A stretch of 64,000 bases of DNA from Chamaesiphon sp. GTDB taxonomy: Bacteria; Cyanobacteriota; Cyanobacteriia; Cyanobacteriales; Chamaesiphonaceae. The translations under genes and the position numbers were made by a program. Positions 21,001 through 29,399 of this stretch are shown in pieces. The notes below the pieces were generated by a model. That model made no database searches. It was not told where the DNA came from and saw nothing but the letters and a program-made list of their open reading frames with translations. The first letter of the stretch is position 1. The number at the start of each line of letters is the position of its first letter. The stretch spans positions 64,001 through 128,000 of the forward strand of contig CBDFFH010000041.1 of NCBI GenBank assembly GCA_965246715.1. The letters run 5' to 3'.

Positions 21001-22211
21001 GCGTAGGATTGAGTACTGGCGGCGACTCGGTAAATATCTTCGACGCGAGCGGTAAACAGATTACTGGCATTAGCTTCGTTGATTCCACTGCCTCTTTCTT
21101 GTTTACCTTCGATAACGCGGCTGGTCTCGGTACTAGTACGCTACCGACTCCGACTGTCTCGACATTGAGCAAAGCTGGAACTAATGGCGGATTCGTCTCG
21201 TTCAACGGCTTAGAGACAGGTTCTCCAGGCTCGATCGTAACTACTCCGACTCTTAGCATTGCTGCAACTACGCCAACTGCGACCGAAACCGATAGCACCC
21301 CAGGTACTTTCCGGATTACGAGCGATGTTAAAGCTACTGCTGCATTGACCGTCAACTATACCGTGAGCGGAACTGCAACCAATGGTGTTGATTATACTCG
21401 ACTGCTTGGCACTGCGACGATCGCCACAGGTCAAACCTCTGTGGATGTTCTCCTCACGCCAGTAGATGATGTGTTGGCTGAAGGTAATGAAACCGTCTCC
21501 TTAACCTTAGCGACTGGGACTGGCTACGCTACCAATGCAACTAAATCTGCGGCGACAGTCACTGTAATTGACAACGAACCTACTCCTGTTGGTACTACTG
21601 GCAATGACAATCTGGTCGCTACTATGGGCGCTAAATTCGATGGTCAGAGCAACGTCATCTTCACTGGTGATGGTAACGACATCATCGACTTAGCGATTTC
21701 CTCCTTCGCAGGTGGCAACCGCATCGATACTGGCAATGGCAACGATACCATCTATGTCAGCACAAATGATGTCATCTTTGGTGGTAATGGCAACGATATC
21801 TTCGATGCTACTGGTGGACTCGGCGGCAACCGGATGTCCGGCGATGCTGGTAACGATACCTTCTACCTCGGTAAAGGCGATCGCGCATTAGGTGGTGCTG
21901 GCAATGACAAGTTCTACGTTCAATCTGGTGGCAGTAACCTGATCTCTGGTGGTGCAGGCAGTGACCAATTCTGGTTGGTTAATGGCGAATTACCCGATGC
22001 CCCAAACACCGTACTTGATTTCCAAATCGGTACAGATGTAATTGGCTTCACTGGTGCTGCTAGTCTGGGTATCAATGCCTCAACCATCAAGTTTACTCAA
22101 GTAGGTGCGGATACAAACATCGTGTTTGGCACTCAAACCCTAGCTACCTTGAGCGGAATTCAAGCATCGCAATTGAATGCAGCGAATTTAACTCAATTTG
22201 TATTTGCTTAA
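18060..22211 (+). CDS. Large secreted protein: lamin-tail domain x2, Calx-beta x3, SdiA-regulated (YjiK) beta-propeller, cadherin-like domain, RTX-type Ca-binding C-terminus
   Basis: ISEVNP...DWFEVTN; DDTLVEGTET repeats; EVSAVTYNWDTDTLF...DPEGLTYVG; GGxGND repeats; no signal peptide. Confidence 0.85.
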   Translation: MAIIISEVNPSGSTRSYGADWFEVTNTGSSAVDITGWSIDDNSHISTAAVLLRGLLSIPAGKSVVFIENSSTTVTDATVLTNFQTAWFGNATTSVPTGFTYGFYGGSGVGLSGSGDEVNLFDAKGGWVTGIGFGVATPGVAPAAGQTFDNTAGVALSALAATSPLVSTLSVVGTNGAFLSADSLDIGSPGKISAAVVTPAVNLSVSSNAGSETDKSVITVTATATSAVTTVQTVALAVTGTGITAGDYTLSSPTITIPSGATSGTATFTVVDDTLVEGTETAILTISSPSAGIVLGTTTTQNLIITDNDGVIVTPVVTPAVNLSISSNAGSETAKSVITVTATATSAVATAQTVALAVTGTGITAGDYTLSSPTITIPSGATSGTATFTVVDDTLVEGTETAVFTISSPSAGIVLGTTTAQNLIITDNDGVVVPPVVTPPKNNTSIDLSTYVQVGRYDLPEPSHPGTVTPPGSLLAQEVSAVTYNWDTDTLFVEGDGGTSIVQIDKQGKLINSMTLAPDPAKPQGTYFYDPEGLTYVGGGKFVLQEERYRQANLFTYVPNATLYGDKTVDAAGKIIAGGGVQTVKLGTTIGNIGTEGITYDPFSSGFVLVKETGPEGIFQTTIDFAKGTASNGSPTTENSVNLFDPTILGLADLADVYSVSTLASQIGKDDYDHLLVLSQESGKVVNIDRTGKIYSTLTIDPKANGLTTPLTNAAVTPNVVDQSHEGITMDKNGFLYVTSENGGGDITRPQLWVYAPTGAVTPNQAPTAVTLNNPVKTIAQTTSTTTAVKIADIAITDDGKGTNNLSVTGADASAFEISSGALFLKAGTTLNSTTKASYSATVNVDDPTVGTTPDASTTFTLGVTGTVVNPPASASIVITEASPWSSGNSAYAADWFELTNTGTTAVDITGWKMDDNSNSFGSSVALRGVTSIAAGKSVIFIEGLADGSTDKAIDAKFSTTWFGTETPPAGVVIGNYGGSGVGLSTGGDSVNIFDASGKQITGISFVDSTASFLFTFDNAAGLGTSTLPTPTVSTLSKAGTNGGFVSFNGLETGSPGSIVTTPTLSIAATTPTATETDSTPGTFRITSDVKATAALTVNYTVSGTATNGVDYTRLLGTATIATGQTSVDVLLTPVDDVLAEGNETVSLTLATGTGYATNATKSAATVTVIDNEPTPVGTTGNDNLVATMGAKFDGQSNVIFTGDGNDIIDLAISSFAGGNRIDTGNGNDTIYVSTNDVIFGGNGNDIFDATGGLGGNRMSGDAGNDTFYLGKGDRALGGAGNDKFYVQSGGSNLISGGAGSDQFWLVNGELPDAPNTVLDFQIGTDVIGFTGAASLGINASTIKFTQVGADTNIVFGTQTLATLSGIQASQLNAANLTQFVFA
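18648..19375 (+). repeat. 360-bp tandem duplication encoding two Calx-beta domains
   Basis: Near-identical DNA at +360 offset, e.g. 18841 vs 19201. Confidence 0.92.
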
Positions 22212-22286
22212 ATAGTCATCCATTCAGAGCGCGATGATATTTTACGGGTAGTAATGCTCGATCTTTATAATCTCGCTCTGCTTTGT

Positions 22287-22327
22287 ATCCAGACTAGACG
22301 ATCGAGCCTCGATCGTCTAGTCTGGAT
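22287..22327. terminator. 20-bp-arm hairpin between convergent genes
   Basis: ATCCAGACTAGACGATCGAG-C-CTCGATCGTCTAGTCTGGAT then TTTT. Confidence 0.75.
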
Positions 22328-22340
22328 TTTTCAGCTGATA

Positions 22341-23263
22341 TTAAGTCTGTGCAACCCTAGCATTTTGTTGGATACTCCACAGCCCAGCATAAATACCCCG
22401 TGCGGCAACTAATTCTTCATGAGTACCAGATTCAACTAATTGCCCTTGCTCCATCACGTAAATCCGATGTGCATTGCGGATCGTCGATAAACGATGGGCG
22501 ATCGCGATGGTGGTACGATCGCGAGTAATGCGATCGAGCGATCTTTGAATGGCAGCCTCAGTCTCATTATCTACTGCCGAAGTTGCCTCATCGAGAATCA
22601 AAATTGGTGGATTCTTTAACACCGCTCTAGCAATTGCAATCCGCTGGCGTTGTCCCCCCGATAAAGTCATCAGCTTCGGCAATTGTAGCCGCAGCGATTA
22701 CTGCGTTTAAATCTGCATCATAATTCGCATACGCAATATTTTCCCTTACCGAACCGTGAAATAAGAATACATCTTGACTGACCAAACCGATCGATTTTTG
22801 CAAGTCCGCCAGATGTAAATCTCGAATATTTATCCCATCGAGAGTAATCGCTCCCGATTGAATTTCATAGAGACGGAGTAATAACTTCACTAACGTACTT
22901 TTGCCCGAACCCGTCGCGCCGACGATCGCGATCGTTTTACCAGCAAGTATGAGTAATGATAAATTTTTAACAGTAGTAGTGCGTCCCTGATAAGCAAACG
23001 TCACATCTTTTAGTTCGATCTCACCCTGCACCGATGGTAGTGCCAAATGACCAGAATCGATCGCTACAGGCGTATCGAGGAGATCGAATACCCGATGCGT
23101 CGATGCCATCCCGCGTTGATACAGATCTAATGTTTCACCCAATCTCGTCAACGGCCATAATAAGCGTTGGGTGAGATAAATGAGGATACTATAAGTACCG
23201 ACTGCCAATTGTCCGTTTACCGCTGCCAATCCGCCTAATAATAGTGTCATTGTAAAACTAAAT
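22341..23263 (-). pseudogene. C-terminal part of ABC exporter (last TM helix plus ATPase), 5'-truncated, with internal deletion
   Basis: [36 protein letters not shown]; frameshift near 22660. Confidence 0.9.
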
Positions 23264-23384
23264 GGCTCTCCTGGGTTTGTGGTAGAAAATATATCTTAGG
23301 CTACGGTTTTCGGCAGCGATCGGTCTTGAAAGCATTACAGGACTTAATACAAGTAACGCTTATCACCAAATACCCAGGAGACCC
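23264..23384. mobile_element. 121-bp MITE with ISL3-like ends
   Basis: Left end GGCTCTCCTGGGTTTGTGGT vs reverse-complemented right end GGGTCTCCTGGGTATTTGGT (17/20); no target duplication. Confidence 0.75.
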
Positions 23385-23879
23385 TAATTCTAGAGCAATT
23401 AGTAGTTGTTCTTGATTGAGCTTAGTTGGAGTTTGTTCCAACCGAATCTTTGGTTCAACATGACCAAGCTCTGTTTAGAGAAAGAGGAAGAACGAGAACT
23501 GATTGAGACTAATCAAATCTTAGTACGTCGTCTAGATAGTCCCTACGCACTAGCACAAGTAGTAAAAAATGGCGATCGCCATGCCAAGATTTTAGCAGCA
23601 CACAATCCAAAAACGCCGATATCGACACTAGCTCAACTAGCGAAAGATTCGGATACAGTTATCCAAAGTTATGTAAGTAACAATCCTAGTTTACCGCCCG
23701 ATATATTACTCTAACTTATCCGAGATCCGGATGCAAAAGTTCGGAAGTCGGCAAGCAATAACCCAAATTTACCGTTAGATTCTTTACTCAAACTTACTAT
23801 AGATCCTAGCGTTGAGGTTCGGATTAATTTGGTTGAATATCGAGATAAGCGTGAAGTTGCCAAAACAATCGATGGCTGA
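23385..23879 (+). pseudogene. HEAT/LRV-repeat protein distal fragment
   Basis: AAHNPKTP, VSNNPSLP, then in-frame TAA at 23712, then ASNNPNLP...VRINL. Confidence 0.75.
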
Positions 23880-24360
23880 TTCCAATGTGCCTTCATCGGT
23901 TAACGCTGGGGTCTGGGATAATAAATTTGAGGTAGTCGTCATGGCTGTTTTTCTTTTGTCTAGCCAGACTCTACCCTTTTCCTACTCTTTGCGATCTACT
24001 GAGTTTATTAACGATCCAGCCTACGCAAAATATCGTCAAGCTCGTCAGTCTGGTAGTATCAGCAGCCTTCATCTAATCGATGACACTGATTTGGCAGGAA
24101 CTATCCGTTATTTACCAAAAGGTTAATATCGCCAATAATTTAGAAGATGTAGCAACCTTTCTAGGGATTTAGCTCCTTTATGGGGATCGAAAGCATATTC
24201 TCAATAGTCTTAGCTTATTGAAAATACAATCGCTACGATCCAATGGCTTCGTTTTAATTATGTTTCGAGCGCTTGGACTAGCGGAATGTGGGTTTTGAGC
24301 AAAGCTACGTCGTCTTGACCAAAACCCACGCTGAGAAGACCTCAGCGCGATTTTGGTCGC

Positions 24361-24681
24361 AAATTTGGCTTTGCTAATGTCGATGCCGAGTATATCTAAC
24401 TCTTGGTTTGAACTACTCATCTCTAGTTTCTGTGTGCTAAAGGGCCACTTCAACCGCAATTAGTGGCGATAAACTATCCTTATAAATGCAGGTTTACCCG
24501 ATCGACGATCTGGCGACCGCTGATACTGTCGAGTTTTGACTGGTGCCACTGTTTAAACTCAGGTGATTCGATCTACACTAACGGGCTTGGTGTCCCTAGG
24601 GGCAATCCGAATTTCCCTTTGCCTTTTGCTGTTGACGAGCGATCGCAGATTTTACTCTTTGACCTTCCGTTCGGATACAAG
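24361..24681 (-). mobile_element. IS110-family (IS621-like) left-end remnant: non-coding end plus first 20 codons of recombinase
   Basis: MSSSNQELDILGIDISKAKF (DEDD RuvC N-terminal GIDISK); minus-strand end CT-TGTAT at 24681-24675. Confidence 0.85.
24462..24620 (-). ncRNA. Putative IS110 bridge RNA
   Basis: Target loop ATTCG-G-ATTGCCCCT-A-GGG..CCC-GTTA-GTGTAG-AT-CGAAT; donor loop AAACT-CG-ACAGTATC...TTTATAAGG-AT-AGTTT; boundaries approximate. Confidence 0.7.
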
Positions 24682-24705
24682 GGGTAATTCATGAATTGCC
24701 CCTAC
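24680..24705. repeat. GTAG-type REP-like palindrome (IS110 insertion target)
   Basis: AGGGGTAATTCATGAATTGCCCCTAC. Confidence 0.85.
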
Positions 24706-24722
24706 TGAATTGCTCCTTCACC

Positions 24723-25421
24723 TTACAACCCATCATTGTTGATAACTCCCAATCGATAGCCCTTACCATAGACAGTCTGAATCAACTCTGGAGCGCCTTT
24801 TACTTCGATTTTACGCCGTAGGAGCCGGACGAGTGCAGCGAGGACATTACTATTCGGCGGCGTAGTTTGACCCCATAAATATGCTTGAAGGCGTTCGTGG
24901 GTAACGACTTGTCCAGCATACTGCATCAAATAGCTGAGTAATTGGGTTTCTTTATCTGAGAGTTCGATACTGCGACCGTGCAGATAGGCAAGTTGATTGT
25001 CCGCATCCAATTCGAGTTCGTCTACTTGCAACTTAGAGTGAGTTGGATGGGGATCGACATTGTGAACTCGCCGCAGCAGCGCGCGGACTCTCGCTAGTAA
25101 TTCCCGCAGCTCGAACGGTTTGACTAAATAGTCGTCAGCACCTGCATCCAAGCCAAGGACGCGATCGTCGAGTGTATCCTTAGCCGTCAAAAATAAGACA
25201 GGGGTGAGATCGCCACGCGATCGCAACTGTTGACAAATTTGTAACCCGGTCAGGTCTGGCAACATCCAATCCAAAATTAGTAGGTCGTAATCTCCAACAC
25301 TTACCAAATTAGCTCCAGTGCGACCATCTGCGGCGACATCGATGACATAACCTTCCCTAGTTAACAGCCGACTCAATGGTTCGGTCAAAGCAGGTTCGTC
25401 ATCCACAAGCAAAATTTTCAT
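24723..25421 (-). CDS. OmpR-family response regulator (RppA-like)
   Basis: MKILLVDDE, DWMLP, GADDYLVKPF, TVYGKGYR. Confidence 0.92.
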   Translation of the reverse strand: MKILLVDDEPALTEPLSRLLTREGYVIDVAADGRTGANLVSVGDYDLLILDWMLPDLTGLQICQQLRSRGDLTPVLFLTAKDTLDDRVLGLDAGADDYLVKPFELRELLARVRALLRRVHNVDPHPTHSKLQVDELELDADNQLAYLHGRSIELSDKETQLLSYLMQYAGQVVTHERLQAYLWGQTTPPNSNVLAALVRLLRRKIEVKGAPELIQTVYGKGYRLGVINNDGL

Positions 25422-25810
25422 ATCGAGTTTGTGAGACAGAAATGAACGATCTGGAGTAGTGCGAGGGTATGATAAGAGCAAATAGACTCAAGATTAGCTA
25501 TCATCGGGTAGCTCACCTATCTCGCTCCAAAATTAGTTAATAATCTTATCTTCAGTGCTGGCTTGGCATCCAGGTATCCAATCTTTGTCGCGTTCTAGCT
25601 AAAAATGTTATGGGGCTATAATTGTGAAGCCGGGTGGCATAATATTTATTTTATATTGTGTCCGTTCTGTAATTATCATTCCGAACTACTTCGCAATCGA
25701 TATTCTACTGCCAGAATCGATCGACAGCGCAAATGAATTCGACAACTAGCCCTGTCGATCGATTTAGTAAATCCTTTATCGCTCCTTAGTTCGAGGCGTA
25801 AATCCAGGTT

Positions 25811-27478
25811 ATGCAACCACCAATTACATTGGGAACACTGCTACAACAGCGTTACCTCGTGACCAAAGTGTTAGGTCAAGGGGGTTTTGGTCGTACTTAT
25901 CTATCTCAAGACACAGGATGTTTTGATGAGATGTGCGTGCTAAAAGAATTTAGTCCCACCGATCGCGGTCGCGACGCAATGAAAAAGTCTAAGGAGCTAT
26001 TTCAGCGTGAAGCTCAAGTATTGTACCAGATTAACCATCCACAGATTCCCAAGTTTCGTGCCAACTTTGAAGAGCAAAAACGGCTGTTTTTGGTGCAAGA
26101 ATATGCTGAAGGCAAAACAGTAGCCAAAACACTCAGCGAACGTCTCAAAAACAGCAAAACTTTTACCGAAGCCGAAGCCGTCAAATTTTTGCAAGATATG
26201 CTGCCCGTGCTTACGCATATCCATAATATGGGCATCATCCACCGGGATATTTCACCTGATAATATTATTTTTCGCGATCGCGATAAACTCCCAGTACTAA
26301 TCGACTTTGGTGTGGTCAAAGCTGGCGTGACACAACTAGAAGTATCCACCCAAATTCATCAAGGAACTACTGTCGGTAAAGCTGGTTATGCTCCTGGCGA
26401 GCAACTTCAAACTGGAGAAGCTTATGCCAATAGCGACTTATATGCCTTAGCTGTCACAGTTGTGGTGATGATGACCGGACGTAAGCCGGAAAGTCTGATC
26501 GACAAAAGTACGATGACGTGGAAATGGCATCAATGGGTACCGACGCTCACACCTTGGTTTGCCAAAATCCTCAATAGAATGCTCAGTCGGGTGCCCAATA
26601 GCCGCTATCAATCCGCCAACGAAGTCGCGCAAGCTTTGCGATCGGTATCGGACTTCATTGGCACATCAGGCACAGACCCAGATACACAGCCGACCGATCT
26701 CAGTCAAGTTCGCGAAGCATCCCGTCAACAACCCAGCTCCGAGCCGCCAACATCAACGAACTCGCGATCGTCAGTACCGCTGTCGCGCGGCAAACGGACG
26801 ACTGGAGTTAAGTCCAATGCCAAGGTTAATAAGTCCTCGCACCAAAATCCCCTTCGTGGTATTCTCAATTCTCCGTGGGGAATTGCGCTAGGTTCGGCAG
26901 CAGCATTTATGGTCGTCATCGTGCCATTATTCTTTGCCATCAAATCGATGATGCCATCAAATACAGGCAATAAAACTTCTGATGTAATCGCCACTCCAAC
27001 TGTTGTACCAGCGGTCTCGAACGCTCCTGTCAGTCAGACCCCAGAAGTCACAACTCCCACACCATCGCCTGTAGCGACAACCCCTGCAACAACAGCAGTG
27101 GCTGAAAACTTAGTAGTTGAAGTCGGTAAATCTAGCATCAAAGAAGGTCTGCTCGACCCAACCCGCCCGACCGTAATTAGTATCGGGAATTTGGTTGCTG
27201 GGCAAAAACTCAAAGCTAGCTTAATCGTCAACCCACCTGGGGCAACAATGAATATCATGGCCCCAAACCAGGCAAATGTGGATGTCTATGCCAAAAATAG
27301 CGTTAACTGGGAAGGGATGTTGCCGCTAGCTGGTGACTATCGGATCGAGATCGTCTCGTCGCCAGGAGTTACCCCAGCTAACTACAAATTGGAAGTTAGT
27401 ATCACAACTGCTGTTGGTACTGCCGCGCCGACTCCGACTCCAGCAGCTACTCCACTCGGTACGCCAGCCGTCAGGTAA
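25811..27478 (+). CDS. Ser/Thr protein kinase with TM helix and Pro/Thr-rich extracellular part
   Basis: LGQGGFG, HRDISPDN, IDFG, SDLYAL. Confidence 0.93.
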   Translation: MQPPITLGTLLQQRYLVTKVLGQGGFGRTYLSQDTGCFDEMCVLKEFSPTDRGRDAMKKSKELFQREAQVLYQINHPQIPKFRANFEEQKRLFLVQEYAEGKTVAKTLSERLKNSKTFTEAEAVKFLQDMLPVLTHIHNMGIIHRDISPDNIIFRDRDKLPVLIDFGVVKAGVTQLEVSTQIHQGTTVGKAGYAPGEQLQTGEAYANSDLYALAVTVVVMMTGRKPESLIDKSTMTWKWHQWVPTLTPWFAKILNRMLSRVPNSRYQSANEVAQALRSVSDFIGTSGTDPDTQPTDLSQVREASRQQPSSEPPTSTNSRSSVPLSRGKRTTGVKSNAKVNKSSHQNPLRGILNSPWGIALGSAAAFMVVIVPLFFAIKSMMPSNTGNKTSDVIATPTVVPAVSNAPVSQTPEVTTPTPSPVATTPATTAVAENLVVEVGKSSIKEGLLDPTRPTVISIGNLVAGQKLKASLIVNPPGATMNIMAPNQANVDVYAKNSVNWEGMLPLAGDYRIEIVSSPGVTPANYKLEVSITTAVGTAAPTPTPAATPLGTPAVR

Positions 27479-27577
27479 TTTTGTGCTAATTACATAATTG
27501 AGATCTTCTACCCTCAGTGCAGGTTCCGCCACCAAGTAAAATCTAGAGATACCTGCCGATCGATTTAACCGTAAATT

Positions 27578-27976
27578 ATGGATAACGAACTAGTCGAGCG
27601 CCAGATCTTTGATGACTCGATCGCGAACTTGGGACTCGATCGCATCAGCCGTCATATTCTGATTTGTGCCGACCAAACGAAACCGCTATGTTGCGATCGT
27701 GCTGCTAGTTTAGAATCGTGGGACTATCTCAAACGCCGCCTCAAAGAATTAGGTCTCGATCGGCCTAACGCAGATGAGGGCTGTATTTTTCGGACGAAGG
27801 CAAACTGTTTGCGTGTGTGTCATCACGGGCCGATTGTTGTTGTTTATCCTGACGGTGTTTGGTACCATTCTGCTACACCAGCAGTAATCGAACGGATTAT
27901 TCAAGAGCATCTATTAGCCGATCGGATCGTCACAGAATACGCATTTTTAACACATCCATTAATTAAAGTAGATTGA
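27578..27976 (+). CDS. Thioredoxin-like [2Fe-2S] ferredoxin
   Basis: [24 protein letters not shown]. Confidence 0.88.
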   Translation: MDNELVERQIFDDSIANLGLDRISRHILICADQTKPLCCDRAASLESWDYLKRRLKELGLDRPNADEGCIFRTKANCLRVCHHGPIVVVYPDGVWYHSATPAVIERIIQEHLLADRIVTEYAFLTHPLIKVD

Positions 27977-28580
27977 GATCGATCGGTACTAACATTTCTG
28001 GCTAAAGTGTCTGCGAGATCGTCAAATCTTACCGCGATCCATGCCCGAGATTGCTCTATTTATCGCATCGAAGTAGCAGCGGCAATCCTTTAAATCGATC
28101 GCTGCGAGAACTTTTAATTTTATCTACTAGTCCGAGCTTATTTATAATTCGGCTACAATGATTACCACTCAAGTGCAATCTTAGAGTATTATCTAGAGAC
28201 ACCCACCCCTGAATACTTCCGGCCAAAGCCTTTCTGTCTAGGAGGATTCGACTGACAGCAGCTTCGTTACCTCAAAGACTAGGTGGCGGATTTCAAGGCT
28301 GTAAATATCTAGACCAAATCTGCCGAATATCTATATTTGGTCGAATCGATCGCTTAGCTACTAACATTAAAATGCTTTCTTTAGAACGATGTTGTTTGAG
28401 TGAGTTTAATAATAGGTAGTAGTTCGATTGCTGTCGTGGCGATTCGGGTTTCCCAAAGTAAAAACCGTGCTGCTCCGATTGGAGCGGTTGCGCTAACGAG
28501 ATCGACGGCAAGCCGTTCGGATTAGGTGGTTAAATATAAATTCTCTGTTATTACAAACGATTAACTCTAGTCAGAAGATT

Positions 28581-29228
28581 ATGAAAGCAGTTGGTGGAAA
28601 AGATCGCAAACGATTACTATTAATCGATGATGACCCCAATCTCATCTTGTTAGTCAAGGATTATCTAGAGTTTCGGGGCTATGAAGTGGTCACTGCCGAC
28701 AATGGGAAAGAAGCGTTGCAACTGCTCTCTCAAGATCTCCCTGACATGATCGTTTGTGACATCATGATGCCAGAAATGGATGGTTATGGCTTGATCGAGA
28801 ATGTCCGTCAAGATCCGCGTACCAGTTGGATTCCCGTGCTATTTCTCTCGGCGAAAGGTCAAAGCCAAGATCGGATCAAGGGTTTGAACTTGGGTGCTGA
28901 CGTGTATATGGTCAAACCCTTCGAGCCAGAAGAACTCGTCGCTCAAGTCGAGTCCTCGCTCAAACAAACCAATCGGCTGTTATTACATAACGACGGCATC
29001 GGTGAAGATAACTCCCCGATTCAAGTTCCGGCATGTGTGGAACTGACACCCACCGAACTCAAAGTCGTGCAATTAGTTGCCAGAGGACTCGCAAATCGGG
29101 AAATCGCCCAACAGATGAATGTCAGCCAACGGACGATCGAAAGTCATGTATCGAACATGCTCGGCAAAACAGGTTTGAGTAATCGCACAGAATTAGCACG
29201 GTGGGCGATCGAAACCAGAATGGCGTAA
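28581..29228 (+). CDS. NarL/LuxR-family response regulator
   Basis: REC domain plus LTPTE...NREIA...RTIESHVSN. Confidence 0.93.
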   Translation: MKAVGGKDRKRLLLIDDDPNLILLVKDYLEFRGYEVVTADNGKEALQLLSQDLPDMIVCDIMMPEMDGYGLIENVRQDPRTSWIPVLFLSAKGQSQDRIKGLNLGADVYMVKPFEPEELVAQVESSLKQTNRLLLHNDGIGEDNSPIQVPACVELTPTELKVVQLVARGLANREIAQQMNVSQRTIESHVSNMLGKTGLSNRTELARWAIETRMA

Positions 29229-29337
29229 TAAGTTAATGTCAGTTTGGGATAAGAAGAGCCTAGAGACTGGAAGTCTCCGCTCATGATGCAAAGTCCGCCT
29301 ACGCGGACTAAATTTCCGGCTCTTCATTACCTAGCCA

Positions 29338-29358
29338 GTAGGGTGGGCAATGCCCACC
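29338..29358. repeat. GTAG-type REP-like hairpin
   Basis: GTAGGGTGGGCAATGCCCACC; degenerate copy at 59767-59783. Confidence 0.65.
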
Positions 29359-29399
29359 ACCAGGGTTTGAGCTGATTTCTAGATCGCAAACTTTAGTTT

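Noticed and set aside
23812..24170. 104-aa ORF or decayed membrane gene
   Set aside because: Overlaps the HEAT remnant; no family recognised in any frame.
24178..24459. 93-aa ORF as a functional transposase
   Set aside because: Only about 20 codons are IS110-like; the rest is unrelated read-through.
24463..24687. 74-aa plus-strand ORF
   Set aside because: Antisense to the IS110 non-coding end; no protein features.
27977..28580. ncRNA or 72-aa ORF in long intergenic region
   Set aside because: No recognisable motif; likely promoter or UTR of the response regulator.
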